Of a DNA stretch of 64,000 nt, positions 58,591 to 64,000 are shown piece after piece. Every line of letters begins with the position of its first letter. Within the stretch, counting starts at the first letter, position 1. The stretch lies in NCBI GenBank assembly GCA_963794185.1, contig CAWCDM010000097.1:4921-68920 (forward strand). The letters run 5' to 3'. The translations under genes were made by a program, and so were the position numbers. A model generated the notes under the pieces. It had not been told where the DNA came from. It did not search any database and saw only the letters and a list, made by a program, of their open reading frames with translations. Source of the DNA: an uncultured Alphaproteobacteria bacterium (lineage in GTDB: Bacteria > Pseudomonadota > Alphaproteobacteria > Acetobacterales > Acetobacteraceae).

Positions 58591-59868
58591 ATGTCCAAAA
58601 TGAGCCGCCGCAGGCTGCTTGCCGGTTCCGTCGCCGCAATCGCCGCTCCTGGCGCACTCCGTGCCCAGGCCGGCAAACCCAAGGTCACCGTGATCTCGCA
58701 ATGGAGCGCCGGCAGCGACGGCGCGGCGATCACCGCACTGGGCAAGGAGTTCGAACAGCAGGGTGGCATCTGGGAGCATAACCCCGTGCCCGGCTTCACC
58801 ACCGAGATGATGAACAAGCTGCGCGCGCAGATCATCGCCGGCGATCCGCCGGCGGCATCGCAGCTAAAAGGCCCGGAGATCGCTGCCTGGTCGAAGATCG
58901 GCGCGGTCGTCGATCTGGACGCCCAGGTGAAGGAGGCCGGCTACGAAGCCGTGGTACCCGCCGAGTTGGTCCGGCTCAGCAAGCCGCATGGCCACTGGAT
59001 CGCCCTGCCGATCCAGGCCTATCGCATCAACACGCTGTTCATCTCGAAGAAGGCGGCCGATCGCGTCGGCGTGACCAGGCTGCCGGCCACCTGGGCGGAG
59101 TTCAACGCCGTCGCCGAGAAGATGAAGGCCGCCGGCATTACGCCCGTGGCGAATGGCGGACTCAAATGGGACGACGGCATGAAGTGGGAGATCGCGCTTT
59201 GCGGCATCAGCCCCGATGCCTATCGCAAGGCGGTCATGCAACTGGATGACGGAACACTGAAGGGGCCCGACGTACTGGCCGCCTTCCGCCAGTACCGCAG
59301 GCTCGGCGAGTGGTCCGATCCCGGCGCTGCCGGCCAACACTACAGCACCTTCATCGATCGCTACATGAAGGGCGATATGGGCATGCTGCTGATGGGCGGC
59401 TGGGCGCAGGGCGTGTTCAAGCATGCCGGCTTCCAGTTCAGCGACTACCTGATCGGCCCCGCGCCGCAGGACGACGGCAAGGTGGCGTTCGACCTGAACT
59501 CGGACGAGTTCATCTTCTGGCAGAAGAAGCAGCCTGAGTACCAGGAAGGCCAGAAGCTGCTGGCGAACATCGTCATGAGTAAGAGCTTCGGTCCGATGTA
59601 TTCGCAGATCACCGGCTCGCTGCCAGTGCGCACGGATACTGATCTGTCGGCCGAGGAGTTCAGCGATGGCCAGCGCGAGGCGGCGCATGCGATGGCGGAT
59701 GCGGTGAAGGCCAATCGCGTCGTGCTGAGCCTGGCGCACAACATGGCACAGCCCAACCAGATCACCGCGGCGATGATCGATGTGCTGACCGAGTTCGTGC
59801 ACGACAATCGGATCAGCCCGGAAGAGGGCCAGAAGCACCTGGCAGAGGCGGTCGACAACGTCCGCTGA
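58591..59868 (+). CDS. carbohydrate-type ABC transporter substrate-binding protein, paralog 1
   Basis: ATG 58591 gives the twin-arginine-like leader MSKMSRRRLLAGSVAAIAAPGALRAQA. Family 1 extracellular solute-binding fold. Confidence 0.88.
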   Translation: MSKMSRRRLLAGSVAAIAAPGALRAQAGKPKVTVISQWSAGSDGAAITALGKEFEQQGGIWEHNPVPGFTTEMMNKLRAQIIAGDPPAASQLKGPEIAAWSKIGAVVDLDAQVKEAGYEAVVPAELVRLSKPHGHWIALPIQAYRINTLFISKKAADRVGVTRLPATWAEFNAVAEKMKAAGITPVANGGLKWDDGMKWEIALCGISPDAYRKAVMQLDDGTLKGPDVLAAFRQYRRLGEWSDPGAAGQHYSTFIDRYMKGDMGMLLMGGWAQGVFKHAGFQFSDYLIGPAPQDDGKVAFDLNSDEFIFWQKKQPEYQEGQKLLANIVMSKSFGPMYSQITGSLPVRTDTDLSAEEFSDGQREAAHAMADAVKANRVVLSLAHNMAQPNQITAAMIDVLTEFVHDNRISPEEGQKHLAEAVDNVR

Positions 59869-59906
59869 GCCGGGCGGGATTCCGCGCGAACAGGGAGGGA
59901 AGACAC

Positions 59907-61193
59907 ATGCAGGATTACCGCATCGGTCGCCGTGCCGTGCTGGCCGCCGGCAGCGCGGCACTCGCGTTGCCGCGCGCCGCACGCGCACAAGGCGCGGCCA
60001 GGCCGAAGGTCACCGTCATCTCGCAATGGAGTTCAGGATCGAGCGGTGCGGCGATGGTGGCGCTCGGCAAGGAATTCGAGAAACAGGGCGGCGTCTGGGA
60101 GCACGATCCGGTGCCCGGCTTCACCACCGAGATGATGAACAAGCTGCGTGCGCAGATCATCGCAGGCGATCCTCCGGCCGCCTCGCAGCTCAAGGGGCCG
60201 GAAATCGCCGCCTGGTCGAAGATCGCGCCGGTGGTCGATCTCGACGCGATGGTGAAGGAGGCCGGCTATGAGGCGGTGGTGCCGGCGGAACTTGCGCGGC
60301 TCAGCAAACCGCACGGCCATTGGATCGCACTGCCGATCCAGGCGTATCGTATTAACACGCTGTTCGTTTCCAGGAAGGCGGCCGATCGCATCGGCTTGAC
60401 CAGGTTGCCCGCCACGTGGGCGGATTTCAATGCAGCCGCCGAGAAGATGAAGGCCGCCGGCATCACGCCGATCGCCAATGGCGGCATCAAATGGGACGAC
60501 GGCATGAAGTGGGAGATCGCGCTGTGCGGCATCAGTCTCGATGCCTACCGCAACGCGGTGATGGAACTCGATGAGAAGACGCTGAAGGGTCCCGAGGTGC
60601 TGGCCGCCTTCCGCCAGTTCCGCAACTTCGGGAACTGGTCCGATCCCGGCATCGCCGGCCAGGACTACACGACGTTCGTCCCGCGCTTCATGAAGGGCGA
60701 GATGGGCATGCTGCTGATGGGCGACTGGGCCGCGGGCATCTACAAGCGCGGCGGGTTCCAGCTCAGCGACTACCTGGTCGGTCCTTCGCCGGCCGATGAC
60801 GGCAGGATCGCGTTCGACCTCAACTCCGACGAGTTCATCTTCTGGCAGAACAAGGCGCCGGAGCTCCAGGAGGGCCAGAAGCTGCTGGCGAAGATCGTCA
60901 TGAGCAAGGAGCTTGGGCCGCTGTTCTGCCAGATCACCGGCTCGATCCCCGTGCGCACGGACACCGACCTCTCCGCCGATGGGTTCAACGACCAGCAGCG
61001 CGAGGCGTCGCATTCGATGGCCGAGGCGGCGAAGAGCGGCCGGGTCGTGCTGAGCCTGGCGCACAACATGGCGCAGACCAACCAGATCACTGCCGCGATG
61101 ATCGACGTGCTGACCGAGTTCGTTCACGACAATCGCATTTCCCCCGAAGAAGGCCAGAAGCGGCTGGTCGATGCGGTGGACAATGTCCGCTGA
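59907..61193 (+). CDS. carbohydrate-type ABC transporter substrate-binding protein, paralog 2
   Basis: 428 aa, collinear with and highly similar to paralog 1. GGGAGGGAAG SD. Confidence 0.9.
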   Translation: MQDYRIGRRAVLAAGSAALALPRAARAQGAARPKVTVISQWSSGSSGAAMVALGKEFEKQGGVWEHDPVPGFTTEMMNKLRAQIIAGDPPAASQLKGPEIAAWSKIAPVVDLDAMVKEAGYEAVVPAELARLSKPHGHWIALPIQAYRINTLFVSRKAADRIGLTRLPATWADFNAAAEKMKAAGITPIANGGIKWDDGMKWEIALCGISLDAYRNAVMELDEKTLKGPEVLAAFRQFRNFGNWSDPGIAGQDYTTFVPRFMKGEMGMLLMGDWAAGIYKRGGFQLSDYLVGPSPADDGRIAFDLNSDEFIFWQNKAPELQEGQKLLAKIVMSKELGPLFCQITGSIPVRTDTDLSADGFNDQQREASHSMAEAAKSGRVVLSLAHNMAQTNQITAAMIDVLTEFVHDNRISPEEGQKRLVDAVDNVR

Positions 61194-61196
61194 CCG

Positions 61197-62090
61197 ATGA
61201 CCTGGCGCGAACGCCGCGACAGGGTGCTGCCGCAGTTGGTGATCTGGCCGCCGATCCTGCTGAGCTGCGCCTACGTGCTGCTGTTCAGTGCCTGGACCGT
61301 TTGGATTTCGTTCACCCGTTCGACGCTTATGCCGGAATACAGTTGGGCCGGATGGCGCAACTATTCGCAGATGCTGGCCACCCGCAACTGGCAGATCGCC
61401 TACGCCAACCTGTTCATCTATGGCGGCTGCTTCGTCGTCTTCACCATGGCGATGGGGCTGCTGCTGGCCGTGCTGATCGACCAGCGCATCCGCGGCGAGA
61501 ACATCTATCGCGCGATCTTCCTGTATCCGCTGGCGGTTTCGTTCGTGGTGACCGGCACGGTGTGGGGCTGGCTGCTCAACCCGACGATCGGCGTGCAGAA
61601 GCTGATGCACGACCTGGGCTGGAGCAGCTTCCGCTTCGAGTGGCTGATCGACCGCGACAAGGCGATCTACACCATCGTGATCGCCGGCGTCTGGCAGGCC
61701 TCGGGATTTGCCATGGCGCTGCTGCTGGCTGGGCTGCGCTCGGTCGATGGCGATCTGGTGAAGGCGGCGCAGATCGACGGCGCCGGCCCGTTGCGCACCT
61801 ATCTGCGCGTGGTCTTCCCCACGATCGGGCCGATCTTCATAGCCGTCCTGGTGATGCTGCTGCAGTTCGCCATCAAGACGTACGATCTGGTGGTCGCGCT
61901 GACCGCCGGCGGTCCGGGGCTTGCATCCACGCTGCCGACCGTCGTGGTCTATGACTTCATGTTCCAGCGCAGCGAACTTGCCAAGGGTTCGGCCGCGGCG
62001 GTCATGCTGCTGGGCTCGCTCGCGTTCGTGCTGGTGCCTTACGGGTTGTATCAGCGCTGGAAGCTGCGAAAGGCCGGCGCCCATGGTTAG
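61197..62090 (+). CDS. sugar ABC transporter permease (MalF/UgpA-like)
   Basis: 297 aa, six TM segments, EAA-type loop AAQIDGAGPLRTYLRVVFP. Confidence 0.9.
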   Translation: MTWRERRDRVLPQLVIWPPILLSCAYVLLFSAWTVWISFTRSTLMPEYSWAGWRNYSQMLATRNWQIAYANLFIYGGCFVVFTMAMGLLLAVLIDQRIRGENIYRAIFLYPLAVSFVVTGTVWGWLLNPTIGVQKLMHDLGWSSFRFEWLIDRDKAIYTIVIAGVWQASGFAMALLLAGLRSVDGDLVKAAQIDGAGPLRTYLRVVFPTIGPIFIAVLVMLLQFAIKTYDLVVALTAGGPGLASTLPTVVVYDFMFQRSELAKGSAAAVMLLGSLAFVLVPYGLYQRWKLRKAGAHG

Positions 62091-62938
62091 GGGCCGCATG
62101 CTGTCCCGCCTGGCGATCCATGCCACGCTGATCGCATTCGCCGCCTTCTATCTCGTGCCGTTGCTGGTCGTCCTGCTGAATTCGCTGCGCAGCACCGAGG
62201 ATATCGCGCACGGCGGCGTCATCGGACTGCCGCACCAACTGGTGTGGAGCAACTTCAGCCAGACCTGGAGCAGCTACTGCATCGCCCAGCACTGCACCGG
62301 CATCCAGCCGTATATTCTGGAACTCGATGCGCATGGTGATCCCTGCGACCATCGTCTCCACGATGATCGGCGCACTCAACGGCTATTCGCTGTCGCTGTG
62401 GCGCTTCCGCGGCGACCGGGTTGTGTTCGGCATCATGACGCTCGGCGTGTTCCTGCCGGAACAGATGCGGCTGGTGCCATGGGTGATCGTGCTACGCGAC
62501 CTGGGGTTGTTCAACACCATCAGCGGCCTGGTGATGATCCATATCGTGCAAGGACTGAGCTTCACCACGCTGTTCTGCCGCAACTACTACGTGTCCATCC
62601 CACAGGATCTGCTGAAGGCCGCGCGAATCGACGGCGCCGGATTCTTCCGCATCTTCTGGCGCATCGTGCTGCCGCTGTCGCCGCCCATCCTGATCGTGAC
62701 CGTGATCTGGCAGTTCACCGGCATCTGGAACGAATACCTCTACGGCGTGACGTTCTCCTCCGGCGAGAACCAGCCGATCACCGCCGCATTGATCGCGCTC
62801 AGCGCGCGCCTGAGCGACGCGCCGCAATATGGCGAGCAGAGCGCGGCGGTGCTGCTGGCGGCCGCGCCCACGTTGCTGGTCTATCTGTTCGGCGGTCGCT
62901 ATTTCGTCCGCGGGTTGACCGCGGGCGCGGTGAAGTAG
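62083..62938 (+). pseudogene. sugar ABC transporter permease (MalG/UgpE-like) with a 1-nt insertion near 62317
   Basis: N-terminal 77 codons are in the frame of ORF 61921 (MVRGRMLSRLAIHATLIAFAAFYLVPLL...). The remainder is in the frame of ORF 62327 (MRMVIPATIV...AARIDGAGFFRIFWRIVLP). Removing the C in ATTCTGG restores ...YIWNSMRMV... Confidence 0.85.
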
Positions 62939-62939
62939 C

Positions 62940-64000
62940 ATGTCGGCGCTTCGCATCAGGGATGTTTGGAAGCGCTACGGCACCTTGCCGGTGCTGAAGG
63001 GCATCGAGCTCGCCATCGACAGCGGCGAATTCGCCATCCTTGTCGGCCCGTCCGGCTGCGGTAAATCCACGCTGCTGAACATCATCGCCGGGCTGGACAC
63101 CGCCAGTCAGGGCAGCATCGAAATCGGCGACCGGCCGATGAACGGCGTGGCGGCGAAAGACCGCAACATCGCCATGGTATTCCAGTCCTACGCGCTCTAT
63201 CCGTCGATGACGGTGCGACAGAACATGACGTTCGGCATGGAATGCCGGCGCGTTCCGAAGCGCCAGCAGATCGAGGCGCTGAACCGTGTGGCGAAGCTGC
63301 TGCAGATCGAGGCGCTGCTCGATCGCAAGCCGTCGCAACTTTCCGGCGGACAGCGCCAGCGCGTGGCGATGGGCCGCGCCCTGGTTCGCGATCCGCTGCT
63401 GTTCCTGTTCGACGAACCGCTGTCCAACCTGGATGCCAAGCTGCGGGTCGAGATGCGCATGGAGATCAAGCGCCTGCACCAGCGCATCGGCTCCACCATT
63501 GTCTACGTGACGCACGACCAGATCGAGGCAATGACATTGGCGACGCGCATCGCTGTGATGCATCTGGGCGAGGTACAGCAGTTTGCCGATCCGGACACGG
63601 TGTACAACAGGCCGGCCAATCTGTTCGTTGCCCGGTTCATGGGCGCACCGCCGATGAACACGCTGCCCGCGCGGGTGGTGGCCGAGAGCGGAGGCTTGTT
63701 CGCGGCGATAGGCGCCGACGAGATCCGGCTGCCTCTGCTGGGGACCGCGCATGCCGGCGACTATCTGGACCGCGACGTGGTGCTCGGCATCCGGCCTGAA
63801 TGCATCGCCGAACACAACAGGCGGTTCGAGGATGGCGCCCTGCAGGTCGAAGCGCCGGTGGAAATGACGGAACCGACCGGCGCGGAAACCATCGTGCTGC
63901 TGCGGCTTGGCGGCCACGAGGTCCTGGGCCGCGTCGCGCCGGACATACGCCTGAAGCCGGGCGAACGCGCACGCTTCGCGCTGGACACACGCAAGATCTG
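62940..64000 (+). CDS. ABC transporter ATP-binding protein (UgpC/MalK-like), 3' end outside the window
   Basis: Not in the supplied track because it has no stop in the window. My translation from ATG 62940 gives Walker A GPSGCGKST, signature LSGGQRQR, Walker B LLFLFDEPLS, and a TOBE-like C-terminal domain open to position 64000. Confidence 0.92.
   Translation, partial: MSALRIRDVWKRYGTLPVLKGIELAIDSGEFAILVGPSGCGKSTLLNIIAGLDTASQGSIEIGDRPMNGVAAKDRNIAMVFQSYALYPSMTVRQNMTFGMECRRVPKRQQIEALNRVAKLLQIEALLDRKPSQLSGGQRQRVAMGRALVRDPLLFLFDEPLSNLDAKLRVEMRMEIKRLHQRIGSTIVYVTHDQIEAMTLATRIAVMHLGEVQQFADPDTVYNRPANLFVARFMGAPPMNTLPARVVAESGGLFAAIGADEIRLPLLGTAHAGDYLDRDVVLGIRPECIAEHNRRFEDGALQVEAPVEMTEPTGAETIVLLRLGGHEVLGRVAPDIRLKPGERARFALDTRKI

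Overview
High-GC alphaproteobacterial chromosome segment. By inference it looks Bradyrhizobiaceae-like: gap-pgk, purEK, an hsp20 gene with a ROSE-type leader, and repeated CCTCTCCCGCAAGCGGGCGAGGT palindromic elements. 1-45 kb is mostly core and metabolic: glycolysis, purine synthesis, small conserved DUF genes, a hybrid sensor kinase, an IorAB-like molybdoenzyme, KorAB 2-oxoacid:ferredoxin oxidoreductase, a PIN/RHH toxin-antitoxin pair, an AtzE/G/H/F-type amidohydrolase cluster with a cysteine hydrolase and a permease, and a tightly packed Rieske oxygenase operon that begins with a 5'-3' exonuclease and ends with two orphan genes. 45-58 kb looks accessory. It holds a lower-GC orphan gene followed by about 600 nt of AT-richer DNA, a CmcJ/BVMO/dienelactone-hydrolase cluster, an aldo-keto reductase remnant, and a contiguous pile of four insertion sequences (ISL3 fragment, IS21 with a third ORF, IS110 family, IS1634 family). 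58-64 kb is a sugar-type ABC transporter operon with two tandem binding-protein paralogs. About 13 single-base frame disruptions interrupt otherwise well-conserved genes; from sequence alone these cannot be told apart from assembly indels. No rRNA, tRNA or CRISPR array was seen. Many long ORFs in the supplied track are antisense or out-of-frame shadows typical of high-GC DNA, and the track uses alternative start codons, so most track starts are too far upstream. I found no clearly recognisable novel multi-gene system such as a defence island. The most unexplained pieces are the exonuclease-oxygenase-orphan operon, the low-GC orphan locus and the long 3' non-coding end of the IS110 element.
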